A stretch of 64,000 bases of DNA from Lepidodermella squamata (Eukaryota > Animalia > Gastrotricha). Location: contig JBLDXI010000015.1 of NCBI GenBank assembly GCA_047495785.1, positions 2,418,001 to 2,482,000 on the forward strand, written 5' to 3'. Below, one piece after another: positions 47,803 through 61,297 of the stretch (position 1 is the first letter of the stretch; the number at the start of each line of letters is the position of its first letter). The position numbers and the translations under genes are program-made. A model generated the notes under the pieces. That model ran no database searches and had not been told where the DNA came from. It was given only the letters and a program-made list of their open reading frames with translations.

Positions 47803-49463
47803 GACTTGGAAATTATCAAAAGAGCTACAGAAGTCGATAAAACTTTGGATGAATGAATCGAAAATTGAGTGATAATATTATTTTAACGATAAGTTGAAAA
47901 CTTTATTTGTCGAAAAACGCTCATTCTTAAATTGAAAACTATTGAAATTATAGCCCCAGAAGTTGTAATGTAAAATTTTATGTTTATTAGGAAACAGTCG
48001 ACGCGATGATGAGTGCGCTTCATTTGATTATCACCCGCTCAAGGAATAAAATAGCGAGCGCATACAACGTTAAGGTGGATGAAATTTTGAAAATCGCGCG
48101 TTTTGGTGAGCGGTGGTAATAATTAACGATGCACGTGACTCAGTTACGCGCTATCCGCGGCAACCACAGATTAAAACGTAAACTAAACGCAATTTCAGAA
48201 AATGGAGTAAATGACGAAATGCGCCTAAAATTCGGCCCTTTATATAGGCTGCGGGTGTAAGATAATTGCCCCCTGTCACGTGCCGCTTTGACAGGTGTGT
48301 GAGATTAATGTGCGAGAAACATGCAATATTCATGTAACAGGTCTTTTAATTACCCTCGCCGCGATCTAATATTGCGCAACGTGCGGCATTTTGGCGCGCG
48401 AGAATTTTCAATTGCGCATATTATATCGATTTGTTGTCGCCATTTATGGGTTTCCGAACATTTAGTTACATAACCGGCTTGTAAATTCTCGCCACTAATT
48501 AGTGTCAAAGCATGTTACAGCGCCGACCAGGAGCTGACAGGAGGTAATTAAAATGCCTCCACATCCTATTCATATTTATGCCATTTATGCCAACTTTCTG
48601 AAATTTCGATATGACTACGGCTCCTGTGTTTGATTACGCTACGGAAAGAGCAAGCCGCCGCCTTGCGACTTGCAAGCCAATTGTCACGCTAGCGACGTTT
48701 TTCTTCAGCTAAATTTGGCTATCGGTTTAATGCCCCTGTGACGGTAATTATTTATCCCTATACCAAGAACAATCCTTTTCTTACAACAAGGCTGTTACCA
48801 CTCGGTGAAAATGGATTCTACCGCTACAGGTGTTAATTTTACCATAAGCGATTTTATCTACACCAAAGAATGGCAGCTCGCACCTTTCTCGACTGAAAGC
48901 CGCGCGTCACAAACGCTGCTAGTCTTCCGATGCCGCTGTAACACCATCAGCTCTCACTTCACCAGCAGTCGGTAACCTAAGGTGTTTAGCCATTCAATTA
49001 CCGACATCATTTATGTCATAACCTATAAAGCAACAGTACTTGGTCAGTACTTCCTCGTGTGTCGCTATTTAAATTTACCGTAGAGACATTTTACCTCAAT
49101 GTGAAATCTATTTTTGCTCGAATTTATCTTGCATTATGAGATTATTTCATCCAAATTTTAACTTGAATTTACTGGCGAATCTCGGAACTCAAGAGGAGGC
49201 TGAATATGCAAATTAGCATCCCAAGTTAACCGCTAATTATCGAAACGCGTTAGATAACCTGCAATCATAAAAAAGGCGAAAATTCTCAAAATTTGCTGTA
49301 AAATTAGGAGCAAGAATAATCGTACCCATCTTAATTTATAATTTCAAAATTCTTCCACCAGAAGCTGATTTTACAATCTTCGGAAATTATAGAACCACCA
49401 AAATCACCATCAAATCGTGGCTCATCATTTCTTGCGATTTATTATCATATTTTCCTGATCATC

Positions 49464-50484
49464 TCAAATAACTTGTTCGTGTAAACTGCTGGCATCTGCC
49501 ACTGTGAACATGACTTTTGAAGTCTTCACCGAGCTTAGATCAGCCGATTTGCTGCGGCGGATGGGCTGAAAGGCGGCGTCCTCGCTAGGCGCAACCGACT
49601 CGAGCAGATAGCTGAGAAATTGGCGCGAATCCGGCGCCGGAAGCCGCGGACTTCTCCGGCCTAATTGCCGCTTTATTTCATAACCGAGCTGCTCGAATCG
49701 CTCCTGATAAAATCGAATGGCTTTCGACTGCTCCTAAATTCAAAAATAATTGCATAAACAAAAATGAAAAAAATCCACCTTAATAAATATAAATTTTTTT
49801 AATATAAATTTGAAAAAATTAATGCAGTACCTTAACAGTATTAATTAACGTTAAGGTTAATTAACAGTACCTTAACGGTTTTGGTAATTAAAAAATATTT
49901 TTAAAAATTTGTAAAATTTTTAAATTAACTCTAATTCATACCTCAATGACTGAATTTCGTTCAGCTAATTTTCCTGAACAAGAGCAATTGGTCAACGAAT
50001 TGGATTTTCGCCACGGCGCTCCTGTTCCATAGACAGAAAAAGCACTTCGATGATCAGGCGAAGTCGGCTTGGAATTATTCGTAATTTCTTGCAAAACCGT
50101 CTGCCGTTTCGAACTGTTCAAAATTTCGGCCAATTTCCGCCGCTCACTCTCGAGCTTCTTCTCCGCCTCTTCCAACCGGCCGCGCCATTGAATTGTCAAT
50201 TTCGTCACAGCTTGCTCCCACTGCCGCCGTTCCGCCTCAAGCTCGGCTATTTTCGCGTCTCGCACATCGATCGCCTCGTTGAGCGCGCGTTCGCTTTCGG
50301 CCGAAAATGCGCGCAAATCTTCGAAATCGGCCTCGAGTTGAATGAGACGCGCTCGCAGGGCTAGGTTTTCAACCTCGACCGACGTGGCCCTTTGACGTTC
50401 AAGCAGCAACAAATCATGCGTGCCTTCCAATTGCGTCTTCAACGCAGCTAGCAAATAATCGAAATTCGTCCTTGGCGTGTCCAT
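49464..50484 (-). CDS. Coiled-coil protein CC4 (exon1 50484-49942, exon2 49733-49464; ~270 aa)
   Basis: E/K/L heptad-rich. GAG|GTATGA donor and TTTAG acceptor are in frame. Paralog of CC5 (ALNEAIDVRDAKIAELEA..WE.AV..LT). Confidence 0.8.
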
Positions 50485-51271
50485 TAAAATCGCATTTTTC
50501 TCCACAGGAACAAGTGCAGATTATCGAAGGGAGAAAATCGCAAAAAATGGGCAAAAGGCTAATATTTTTATATACACCTTTTTATAGCTTTCAAGGTGGT
50601 TGGTGTTCCGATAGGTATATAATCGGTTGTTTTTCAGCACGCCAAGGGCACTTTTTATCTTCTCGAGATGGTCGAATAGATAGATAGATGCATCAGCGTT
50701 TTTTGGCGCGGCGCTATGAGTTATGATTATCGATATTAAATGCAGGCCGTTTATTGGTAATAGGCGTTTATAATTGGAAACATAAATATACCAGACATCG
50801 GTTTTTTAAGTGCTGAGGTGGAGTTTTTTATACACAAGCGGAAGATAATAAAATAACACAGCTCAGCCTATCAAAATTCTTATTACCAATAATAATTTTT
50901 GAAATTTGATATCAATATCAACATGCAGGTTGATCCAATCCAAATATCATACCGGCAATCGGCGATTTTATGATCAATCAATTACGACTCGATTTCCAAG
51001 ATTGCCAGCTCAATTTAACTAGAAAATTATTTTTCTCGATTAATCGAATTATTAATTTTTGAACTGTTCGATATGCAGGTTCTTTCCTATTCGTATTCTA
51101 TTGTGGAATTGCCGACATTTTTCTGCGATTTTGAATCAAATTCAGGATAAATAATTATTACAAATTAGCCACATTTTGATAATTGAAATTTTACTTCGAA
51201 ATTAACAACGATTCGGTCTAATAATGCGATCAATTATTTTTCACCGAGCATTTTAAACTGTTCTCCAATGT

Positions 51272-51877
51272 CTAGCCATCATAAGTGTCGCGCCAGTTGC
51301 ATCGACTAGTATATTGGACTCGTTTTGAAGAATCAGCCGCGGAATCGTCGGGACAGGACTGAGTGAGGTTCGCAACTCGCGATCCTTGAAGAAACAGCCA
51401 TTGTTGATTGGCATTCGGCGATTGCTTAACCAATTTATACGCGAAATTATCGATTTTCTCCCGATCGCTGTAATAAGATGGCTGGCTCTCACCCTATAAT
51501 TTGACAAAATTAAAAACAAAATAGAAAAATCATTGCTTAAATGCCTGTTTTGTAAGTTCTGCAACAGCGGATTCCCATTTTCGGCACCTAGCTTCGAGTT
51601 CGAGGATCCGAGTATCTCGGAAGACAATAGCTTCTTTAAGCGCTTTCTCCTTAGCCGCAGAAGAGGCACGCACTTCCTGAAGCTCTGCCTCCAATTGCCA
51701 GATTTGATTTTGAAGATTAGGCTGGCTGATAGCTGAATGCTGACTCACAACAGCCCTCGAATTCTGTTGCCTCTGTTGCGTCAACAGCGACAGCAAGTTG
51801 TTCGTCTCATCCTGCCTGTTCTTCAGAGCTGTTAGAATGTTGTCTAAATCAGGCTGCTGAGGCGTATAGGAACTCAT
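51272..51877 (-). CDS. Coiled-coil protein CC5 (exon1 51877-51545; probable exon2 51493-51272)
   Basis: Aligns to CC4. The second exon requires a 51-nt GC-AG intron; otherwise the CDS ends at 51530. Confidence 0.65.
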
Positions 51878-52398
51878 AGCGAATATGAAATGAAAGGATT
51901 TTTCGATATAAAGAGTGCGTGGTATAAACTGCTTTGCACTCTTGGTGGTTATTTCCACGCTCCTGCTGCGTCTGTTATTACCTGTTGTTATCGGCTATGT
52001 TATTTATGTTAAACACTTTCCGCTCGACAGCCGTGTTGCACGAGGTGGGCTTATGATAATAAGATAAGCAGTTGGTTGCTGGCATCAATCATCATTCAGC
52101 CGCATTGTGGTTTTCGAGGTTAGAAATCCGCAGCAAAAATTGGACAAAATTAACACAAAACAGGTTTTATTCACAGAACAAAAACAAAAATCAACATAAA
52201 CACTGAAATTGAAATTATGAACAATATTAATTTTTTTTAATATGTTTTCATAAATTTTTCAATTTTTTCAATTTTAATTTTTTTCGTATATTACTAGTTA
52301 ATTAATATATCGAAAACCAATAGATAATATTGGATACATATTTTATGAAAATATATGGTAATGTTATTTCGTCTTTTCTGATGGAGGATCGAATGTCC

Positions 52399-54300
52399 TC
52401 AGTTCGATCCAAGCTGCATCACCGGGGAGGTTCCGCAACTGCTGCTCAGTGACATCGAATCACTGAGCTCTCCCCTCAAGTCCCCTTCGGCAATCGATCG
52501 ATCCCCATCTCCAGTCAGAGCGCTGTGAAGTCTTAAGCAAAACGTATGAACGTTGTTCCGGGTGAATACAAAGCCCGGCGTGTTGTTCAAGAAAAACGTG
52601 ATTCCTTCGTAGACTTCTTTGATCCGGCGCAGCTTGTACTCGGCTGCGTTCAGTCGCTCCTCCAGGTCGTCTGGCGTCACGGCTGATGATGAATTCACAG
52701 TCATGACGTAGGGTGTTCTTGCCAAATCATCGCTGTCATTTAACTTACCTAAAGATGAGCCGAGGATGCGCCGCTTCCGCGTCAAGCCAACCATGACTGT
52801 TTCAATCGTCAACGATCCGAGATTGCTAGACTGTTGAGTCATCCTACTCTCTACCCCCTCATCGCGCGCTTGCTCCTTAGCATCTAGCTTTTGCTTAAGC
52901 ATGCGTGAAGTCTGGTATAAGTCTTGATATCGCTTCTTTTCGGCTTCGAGACTTTTTCTAGCTTCATCAACAGCTTTGGCCTGGTTTTCTTTATCAGCCT
53001 CAAGTTCGGCTAGTTTTATTTTCGCCTCTTTTAACGACTCGGTATCCGCCTCGCATTCCAATAGAAGCTTCGTTACGTAAAACTGAAGGTCGACGTTTTT
53101 GGCCCTCAGCTCAGCATTTTCCTCCTCGACCTTGCCTTTCGCGATCAATTTCTCCTCAGCTGCTTCGTATTTCGCCTCGGCCTCGCTTAATTTTGCCTCG
53201 ATTTCGGCTAGTTTAGTTTTAAAATCTTGCTCCGAATTATTTTCCAGTCGCTTAATCATCGCATTGCTTCGAGCCAGTTTCTCAGTTAAATTCATGACAT
53301 TATTCTTCGCATCCTTCAATTCTGCGTCGAGGGCCTCGATTTTCGTGTTCTTCCGATTTCGAACGTCGTGGAAAGTCTTCTTCAATTCCTCGTGGTCTAG
53401 GTACAATTGGTCGTAGTTAGTCGCTTTGCTCTCAAATTCCGCCAGTCGTTTTCGCAGAGCTCGAAGCTTCTCCTCAACCTCAACATTCTGCTGGTCGATT
53501 TCTTTGGTTTTTGCCTCGACCGTCTGCTCGAGCTCGGCAATTCTCGCAGCTGATTCTGACTTGTTCTTTTCGATAATTTTGCTGTTGATCGCCTCGATTT
53601 CATTCATCGACTTCTTCCAGGCAGCTGTTTGCTTTTTGAAGAACGCCCGTTCCTTCTCAATCGATTTCTGCTTGTTTTCGAGATCTTTGTTCGTAGACGT
53701 GAGCTTTTCGACCTCCGCCTCGAGCTCGGCAATTTTGGAACCAGTAAAGTCCTTTTCAGCATCGATCTTTGCCTTCAGGTCTGATTGGCTTTGTTTGAGT
53801 TCCTCCTCCAGACTAGCAATTTTGGCCTTCAGTTCGGCGATTTCAGCGTTGAAAACGTCCTCCTTAATTCTTGTTTGGTCGGCCTCTTCCTGAGCAACAA
53901 GTTGCTGTTCAGTGATTTGATCCACGAGTTGGCGATTCGAGTGGGTCAAATCGTTGTTTTGGTTTCGGAGTAGTTCGAGTTCCTCCGAAAGTTGGCCAAT
54001 TACCAGCTTCTGCGCATCATGCTGCGCACGCATCGCCTCATAAGCGTCCTTAGCAACGGCATTTTCGCGCGCCTTCTCTATCTCCTCTTTCAAGCTATCG
54101 CGCTCGGCTTTCACGCCGTACAGAGTCGAGCGTAGAGCTCGCTCAAAGCGTGAAAATTCTACCGCCATCTTAATGATACCCTCAACAACTTGCCTATCAA
54201 CGGGTTGTGACGCGTTCAGAACAGCCGTTGCCAGGTAGCTTTCGACTCCAGACTCGGCCATTTGTCTCCGCAAGTCAGCTTCCGATAGATCGCTCGCCAT
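52399..54300 (-). CDS. Long coiled-coil protein CC6 (633 aa, single exon)
   Basis: About 430 aa of E/K/L/A heptads. N-terminal block (GVESYLATAVLNASQPV..IIKMAVE..ERAL..L..VKAERDSL) aligns to CC7. Basic RKRR near the C-terminus. Confidence 0.88.
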   Translation of the reverse strand: MASDLSEADLRRQMAESGVESYLATAVLNASQPVDRQVVEGIIKMAVEFSRFERALRSTLYGVKAERDSLKEEIEKARENAVAKDAYEAMRAQHDAQKLVIGQLSEELELLRNQNNDLTHSNRQLVDQITEQQLVAQEEADQTRIKEDVFNAEIAELKAKIASLEEELKQSQSDLKAKIDAEKDFTGSKIAELEAEVEKLTSTNKDLENKQKSIEKERAFFKKQTAAWKKSMNEIEAINSKIIEKNKSESAARIAELEQTVEAKTKEIDQQNVEVEEKLRALRKRLAEFESKATNYDQLYLDHEELKKTFHDVRNRKNTKIEALDAELKDAKNNVMNLTEKLARSNAMIKRLENNSEQDFKTKLAEIEAKLSEAEAKYEAAEEKLIAKGKVEEENAELRAKNVDLQFYVTKLLLECEADTESLKEAKIKLAELEADKENQAKAVDEARKSLEAEKKRYQDLYQTSRMLKQKLDAKEQARDEGVESRMTQQSSNLGSLTIETVMVGLTRKRRILGSSLGKLNDSDDLARTPYVMTVNSSSAVTPDDLEERLNAAEYKLRRIKEVYEGITFFLNNTPGFVFTRNNVHTFCLRLHSALTGDGDRSIAEGDLRGELSDSMSLSSSCGTSPVMQLGSN

Positions 54301-55361
54301 TTTTCGTTGGAAATTTCAGTAATAATAACAGTTAAAAATGTTCAGTGCTACTGAAATTCAAGCAAATTAGTCGGTTAGTTTAGGACTATTTAAAGGATAC
54401 GGGTTCCAAGTCCAACTACTTATTTATGCAGAAAAACAAGCCCTCTAGCGCCGTGTACAGTTGAGATCCAGCTCAATTAGCACACAGAGTACCTATAGCT
54501 CAATGCTACATTTCATCCCAAAGCAATTAAAACTTAAAATGCACGGAAAAATGTACAGGAGAGTGCGTTCCCGGGAATAATTTTATGCAGGAGCCGACAA
54601 TCCTAAAAAAAATCGTGGGAAATATTCGGCTCACTGCCTAGGGCAAATTAGATAATATTTGTTCAAACCTAATAAGTGTGAATGGCTCGAAACGCGATGT
54701 ACCAAAATGAAACTTATTTCCCCTAAAATTTCCCCTAAAATTAGCAATTTTTAGCAAAGTCGAATTAGGAACTTGGTAAATATTAAAATGATTATTGAAC
54801 AGAGATTTTTTACCGCTCCACTTTGATATGGAACAACATTTCAGAGCGAACTCTAGAAATAAAAGTTCGGGTTGGAATGTTGCCCCATCATTAAATTTGT
54901 TAATAAATTCATACACTAGAAAACATCGAAAAAATTGAATAAGCTATTTCCTGCAGAAATAAAGTGCGTTTAACGAACTGCTTATTTCGAAAAACAAGAA
55001 TTTTGCCCAGTGTGAAATTATTCCAGAGAATTCTTTACTGGACACCAAAACAGGTGTGAGAGAGGAAGGAAAATTGTAGAGCTCAAGGGTAAATACTGGC
55101 TTGAGTAGTTCTTCTGACGTGCATCGGTCGTGAAAATGTCGTGCATTATATGTGCGCCAATTCAGGCCTCGAGTTTAGAGAAAGGCTACGTGCGGGTTGT
55201 TTTGATGATATATGAACTCGCCGCAAATGTGAGCAAAAACGGCACTTTTTACTTCGTGGATGAATAACCCTTATAGCGTGAATGCAAGAAAACGTATACA
55301 AAAAGATAGAAAGGATGAGCGCTGCAATGATAGCGCGATGCTATTATTCGAGAATAGCCTC

Positions 55362-55555
55362 ATATCGTTAGCGACGTTGAAAAACTCGGATTTAGGCTTG
55401 TTTACGTCCGTTTCGAGGTCAGAGGTGACAAGTAAAAAGTCTTTTGTTTTTTCCTCTTCATTCAAGTTAAAAAGCCGCTTTTTATTTGTCACCTATCACC
55501 TTGAAACATATGTAAACAAGCCTAAATCCGAGTTATTCAAAGTCGCTAACGATAT
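55362..55555. mobile_element. Hairpin MITE (~80-bp imperfect TIRs)
   Basis: ATATCGTTAGCGAC.TTGAA.AACTCGGATTTAGGCTTGTTTAC is inverted at 55512-55555. Confidence 0.7.
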
Positions 55556-58129
55556 CATGTTGTTGGTAATAAATCTAAAGTGCGTGCTAATAATAATAAT
55601 AATTTTAGTGGCTGCAACTGATCGCCCTACTCGCATTATTATGGTGGATTATTGCAAGCCTGTGTCAAGTGTTTTATGAAAATTGCGTGATTTTCCAGCC
55701 CATCTCAAAGCTGTAACGTAGTGGCGATGAAATTCCCTTAATGAATTGCGCAACAAAAGAGCCGAAAATAGCCGCGCACCAACAGGATTGTTAAGGTGGA
55801 TTTTTAGGAAATTTAGCGTGACTGGCGAACATTATAATGCTCATTGCAGCCGGTTGCACGCGATGCCGTGAGATTTGCTGTAAAATTCACCCCTGCTCAT
55901 GCAACGAAACGATTCGACTATTACAAGTGTAGAATAAAATATATAATATACAACATAGAACGCGGTCTCCTCGCAACAATCGATATTTTGATTAGAGAAT
56001 GAGCGTGATGTTGTTGTGTACCGCACAAGGCGAAAACAGTTTATCGATCGAGCGTATTAGCTTCCGCCCGCGTCTCGCATAAGCAAAACAACTAATGTGC
56101 ACTCGATACGAAATGCGCACTGAAAATTCAATAAAATCGTAATGCGGCGGGAGATCGCGGACGCAGAAGAAATGCTGCGTCAGGGCCAGATTACAATGCG
56201 GTCACAGAGGCCGCCAGACTTTTTGTTCGCGGCAAAATGTTGTGTAATTGGTCGTGAGTCTAAAGCGTGCATCTCATTAATGAGATTTCACCCCCTAAAA
56301 CCTTAAATACCTTGATACTATTCGATAAATCACAATACATACACGCATTCCTTGTATTTTTGACGAATAATTTCAAGAATCTTCCATCTGAAATGCCCTA
56401 CGTTGGAAATCCTCCTAAACATGTTAATTAACACATTGCACATCGCATGTTATTGCTATCGTAAAATAACCTGATACTTGTTGTTATTTTATATACAGTG
56501 ATAGAATAAATATGTACACTTATTGTACATGCAGATTTGCACTATAAATACTGAGAGTCATAACAATAAACTCAGCCATTTATGTCACATTTGAGTAGAC
56601 TTGTAGAGCGTAAATAACCGAGTTTCTACACCCTACAAGCTTGAGAAATAAAAATCAACGAGCGAAGCGAATTGTGGATTCAGCAAAATCATAATAAAAA
56701 TTTAGAAAATAATGGCGTAATTTCCCTGAATTTCCAACCGCAAGCAATGCAAAAGAACAATTCGCGGCCGCAAAACTATACCCTGGCCGCTAGCAGCCGC
56801 AAAATCGATGATTGAGAACCTCTGACGTTGTTGAAAAAATCTGAGCCTCGATTTCCCGCTGAAATTCTTCAATTTCTGAAAACTCCTCAAATTTGATGCG
56901 CATTGCGGCTTTTCTGGCCACCCTGTGAATTAGCCTTCGATTCCAGGTAATTGGTGCAAACTCGGTTTTAAAAGCAATCCTCAGATATTTTGAATAATAT
57001 TTGGCATGGGATTCTCTTACCTTTAGTCTCTATGCAAATAAAAACGTGAAAAAGAATAAAAAAAACCGGTGGTGAGTTTAGAAAGGCACCTCCCTAAACA
57101 ACGTTCACGTAAAAATGTGGGTGGTACAATAAAAAACCGGCTGCCAAATTATGATCTTCACTATTTTCTCAATAGCCAGTTGTAAAACAAATTTTGATCT
57201 TACAAAATGACAAAAACACGTTCCAAGCTTCTGAAAATTAGGGAAAACCAAGTAAAATCTAGGAATCAGCAGAAAAATCAGGCTTAAAAATACGCAAATC
57301 CTTGATATAGGATACTTATCTTGGCAAATTGAACGTGTTCATGGGTATTTTTAGGTTTTTTGCGCACAATAGCAATTTTAGGTAAATTGCGCAAAAGGTG
57401 TATGAGTCATAATTTTAAATCTGAGTTATTGGGACGTCCTCCTTAATATACAAGGAGACTACAACGAAGTTGTTGACGAGCATTGGACACTCTAACCGAC
57501 GTCACTGCGAGCAGCCGACGACGCCGGCTCTACCCCAGGTCGTAAAATTACCTACTACGCCGGCTTGCGGCAGTTCGGGGCAGTTCGGCAAACACGATAT
57601 GAGCAAGTCGTTGTATGAATCGCGCCGAGCTGTTTACGCGAAGCAACCGAACTGAAAGACACATGGAAAACGGCCGAGTCAGAGATGTTGATCACCCTGC
57701 TCGAAAGTAAAAGAAGACTCCTAGCATGTTTCGACTTTGGTTCCGCTACAGCAAATTTGGTTCCGATAAAAGTTATCCTATATCCAATGCTGCGATCGGC
57801 TTAAATTCAGCAATTTTACGAACCGTTTTTGGAGTACTTTGAAAGGCTATGGTTTGGCAAGGTGGAGTTTCAGGACCGGAACATATCCGCCGCCGAGGCC
57901 ATCCGTACCAACTTGTCCACATAGGTTACAGAATTTTTCAGCAATTGCATCAAAAACCATCAAAAAACAGGTTCTGAACTTAGGCTCTGTCCAAAGTTAC
58001 CAATCGATACGATATTCACAGAAAGAATCGAAAGCTTTGAAAAAGCATTATTTATTAAACATATTTCGGGACAGTATTTCCATTTTTTCCAAACTAATTA
58101 AATTCATCACCAATAATTTATTGCATTGC

Positions 58130-59459
58130 CTATTTATTTTTCCGTGGCCGTCCCCGTGGCCGTTTGCCAGGCTTCTCGTCGTCCACTAGCCGCTTAGGCG
58201 ATTGAGCCGGCGCTATTGATTGGTCGGATTGATTTGATTTCACAGCCACGATTTTCGCGCTGAGTAAATTGCGCCTATTCCGAGTCCGGGCTGATATGGG
58301 CAACGTTGAACGCTGTTGAGCAAGAAATTTCAAATTGCGAGCCGACTCCTTGATAGTAGCCAGCATTCTAGGCAAAGGACTCGATTTTAATTTCTTCGCC
58401 TGAAAAAATAAAAAATCATTAAAATTGAATAAAATTGAATTGAAAAATTAATTGAAAAATTAAATTAAAATTTGAATAAAATTTACTAACCTGTGATAAT
58501 TTCTCCTTGATTTCGGCTTCCTTTGCCAATTCAGATTTCCGTTTCCGGCCGCGTTTTTTCGGCGGAGAATCACAGGGCGGTTTCGCGTCGACCGGACTTC
58601 GTTGTTTTTCCTCCTTATTTTGCACAACTGGAGGCGGCTGCGCATCGGCATCCGCGGGTTTCGCCAATAACTTCGACTTCAAATCAGCGATAATTCCATC
58701 CTTCTCTTCGATAAGCTTCGATAACGCTGCTCTGGAGCCTTCCTCACAGGCCAGTAGCGATTTGGCGGCTCTGAGCTCTTTTGAAAGTTGCTCCATCACT
58801 AATTTATCACTGGGCATATCGTCGGAGAAAATCGGCGATTTTTTGTCCGAAACTAGGTCATCAGCAGGTTGCGAACAGCTCGCGCATTTCTTCGATGAAT
58901 CACCGCTACCGTTCAGCCGATCTTCCAATTCTGAATTTTTCTTCAAGCTCTGCTCCAACTCGGCTTCGAGGCGGATAATTTCACTGCCGAGTTCGACGAC
59001 TTGCCGCTCGAAAACGTCGCGTTCAGAGTAAAGGCGGGAGTACTCATCCAGATGCACGCTTTTGCCAGATTTTTCCATCAAATCTAAAAGCCTATCGCGG
59101 TCGGCTTTCAACTCGCTCAACGACGTTGCGAGATTTTTCTCCCGCAGCGAGGTTTCCCATGCGAATTTGATTATCGCCTGGAGTAGGAAATCATTCAACG
59201 GCCGGCTTGCTTTTAACGCTGAAATTAATTGAGACGACAAGCCGTAGCCGATCAAATCCAACTCGATGTCCCAAACATCGTCGTCGCTGGAATTTAAATT
59301 CGTCGAATTATTTAGCTGCAGATCGGAATAATTTGAGATATTAGACGAGTCGATCCAGTCTTCTCGAGGCAGGGCGCTGATGGCGAGAATTACCGGCGGC
59401 TTTTTAGCTGCTGCTGCTGCTGTCACGGTGCTGCGGGTCAGTTTCCTCGTACTTCTCAT
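58130..59459 (-). CDS. Coiled-coil protein CC7 with AT-hook/NLS motifs (exon1 59459-58491, exon2 58399-58130; ~412 aa)
   Basis: CAG|GTTAGT...TTTTCAG|GCG joins in frame. PPKKRGRKRK, and C-terminal KRPRGRPRK (canonical RGRP AT-hook core). Confidence 0.82.
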
Positions 59460-61006
59460 TATTTCAAAAAATGTCTAAAATTTTTTTAAAAATTAATAAA
59501 AATATTCAGAATTTAAGAAAATGTAAGAGACGAGAGAAAAATTAAAATACTAGGTTAATTTAAGCCGGTAAACAACACATCATTAAAGGCTTAATTTCTC
59601 TATAAAGAAACTGAACACGCAATATCTTACACCTTTTATACGGTGCTCAGGTCCCAGGCTGGCTTATGAGCATATAGTATTATATAGCCACGTAATATTA
59701 TAATGCTTTTATCAAGGTAATAGGCAAAAGAGGCTTGGTCAATTTTATGCAGCACGAGAATAAAAGCACATTTTTATATGTGATGTAATTAATTTCACAG
59801 GCCAGGCTTGCAGATGATAACGCGGCTGGCATACAACGTAAAAATGTAATATATCACCGCGTCGTCGGTACACAGCTGCAAGACGTATTCTCCTCAATGA
59901 AGAAGCCGACGGAGAATGTCAGTAATAGTATTACTGGCTGCAGTAGTAAACAAGCAGCTGTTCAATGTCGTTTAGTGCAATTAGAAAGAGTTGTACACCA
60001 CAGTTATTATTATAGTGGTTTTTTGCGTAGAGTTTCAAAGGTGTAATAAAATGAATGGAAAGCACGTGCTTATTGTGTGACTTCAGCTAATTGCAAATTC
60101 CGCGGGCTAAGCTTAGCGTAACTAATTTTAAGCTGGGTTTTTTAATTTACATGCAATGAAATGATAAAAATGCAATGAAAATGCCATACGCATCGCAGCT
60201 GATAAAAGACGACGTGTGGCAATGTTTTGTAGAGGTGAGCTGATGAAAAAAAATTATCGATTGAAAAGCAGCAACGTGACAACTTTGCGGTCACAATTAT
60301 TGGACATATTGATTCAAAAGCAGCTAGGCTGTAGGCTATTTTGCAGAGTTTGCAACATAATTTGTGCAACGACAATAGAGCAAGGACACCGGAGAAAAAT
60401 CAGATAGAAGCTGATTTGATAATTAATTTAAACGCGATACCTGCGCAACGAAAAATGAACAAGGCGAATCTAGCGCATCGACTGAGGAGCAAAATGATTA
60501 ATTACCTATTGCCATTATTTCAATGTTAAAGCTAAAAAATATCTCGCTTTAAAGTGTTGTTTACTCTCACTAGCCGACGCGGGAATAATCGCTGTGTTGC
60601 GCAATTTAAGTTTTAATTATTAATTTTCTTAATTCGCTTTTCAAGTATTTTTCACTATCTGGACAAAAAGATTGGCACAAGGTGAAAATATATGAAAAAT
60701 TGGCCGTAAATTATTTTGGAGCGGCCTAGGAATTCATACTTTCCCAAAATGTTTGTGCACCATCACGCCCCTTATAAACTCCAACTGTTGACATTAATTC
60801 AATCATCAGGCAGGCACACACCCATTATTAAAGCTCGAATTATCGATAGACAAAAGGGTGGAATTTTATGCTATTCTACAGCCAAAAGGCTTGATTTACG
60901 CAAGCGTGCACAATATAGAATCGTTGAAATGTTTATGAAACTTGAGGTATAATCGAGGACCATGACAGTCCTGAGTACTACAAGAAGTTGGAGAACTCCG
61001 CTGTGA

Positions 61007-61297
61007 GTCGATTCGCCCGCGAGGCGCGGTCGAACAAAAGATTGCCAACCTCAAAGCTGGTCGGAAGGTTCCTTACGGTTACCGTTCAATGCTCTGGGCT
61101 CCACCTTTCAATGGATAAGTTGCTTCCTTGGGTGTGATTACCCTTTCGAAGTTCGGGATAAACTTAAATCAGGCTCAATAGGCGGTATAATGTAGGCCAC
61201 ACTATGGTAAAGATAGGAAATGTTCACCATAGAACCCACCAACCAGCTCTGCTTTGGCGTCCTTTTTACTGCGACCGCGCCTCGTGGGCGAGTAGAC
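61007..61297. mobile_element. Small element with ~35-bp GC-rich TIRs
   Basis: TCGCCCGCGAGGCGCGGTCG vs CGACCGCGCCTCGTGGGCGA. Confidence 0.5.

Noticed and set aside
53099-53973. + strand Ser/Phe-rich ORFs (also 58507-59031 and 50050-50364)
   Set aside because: Typical antisense shadows of E/K-rich coiled-coil genes.
52399-54300. Assignment to myosin, lamin or SMC
   Set aside because: Only generic heptad composition; no motor domain, Walker motif, intermediate-filament consensus ends or CaaX box.
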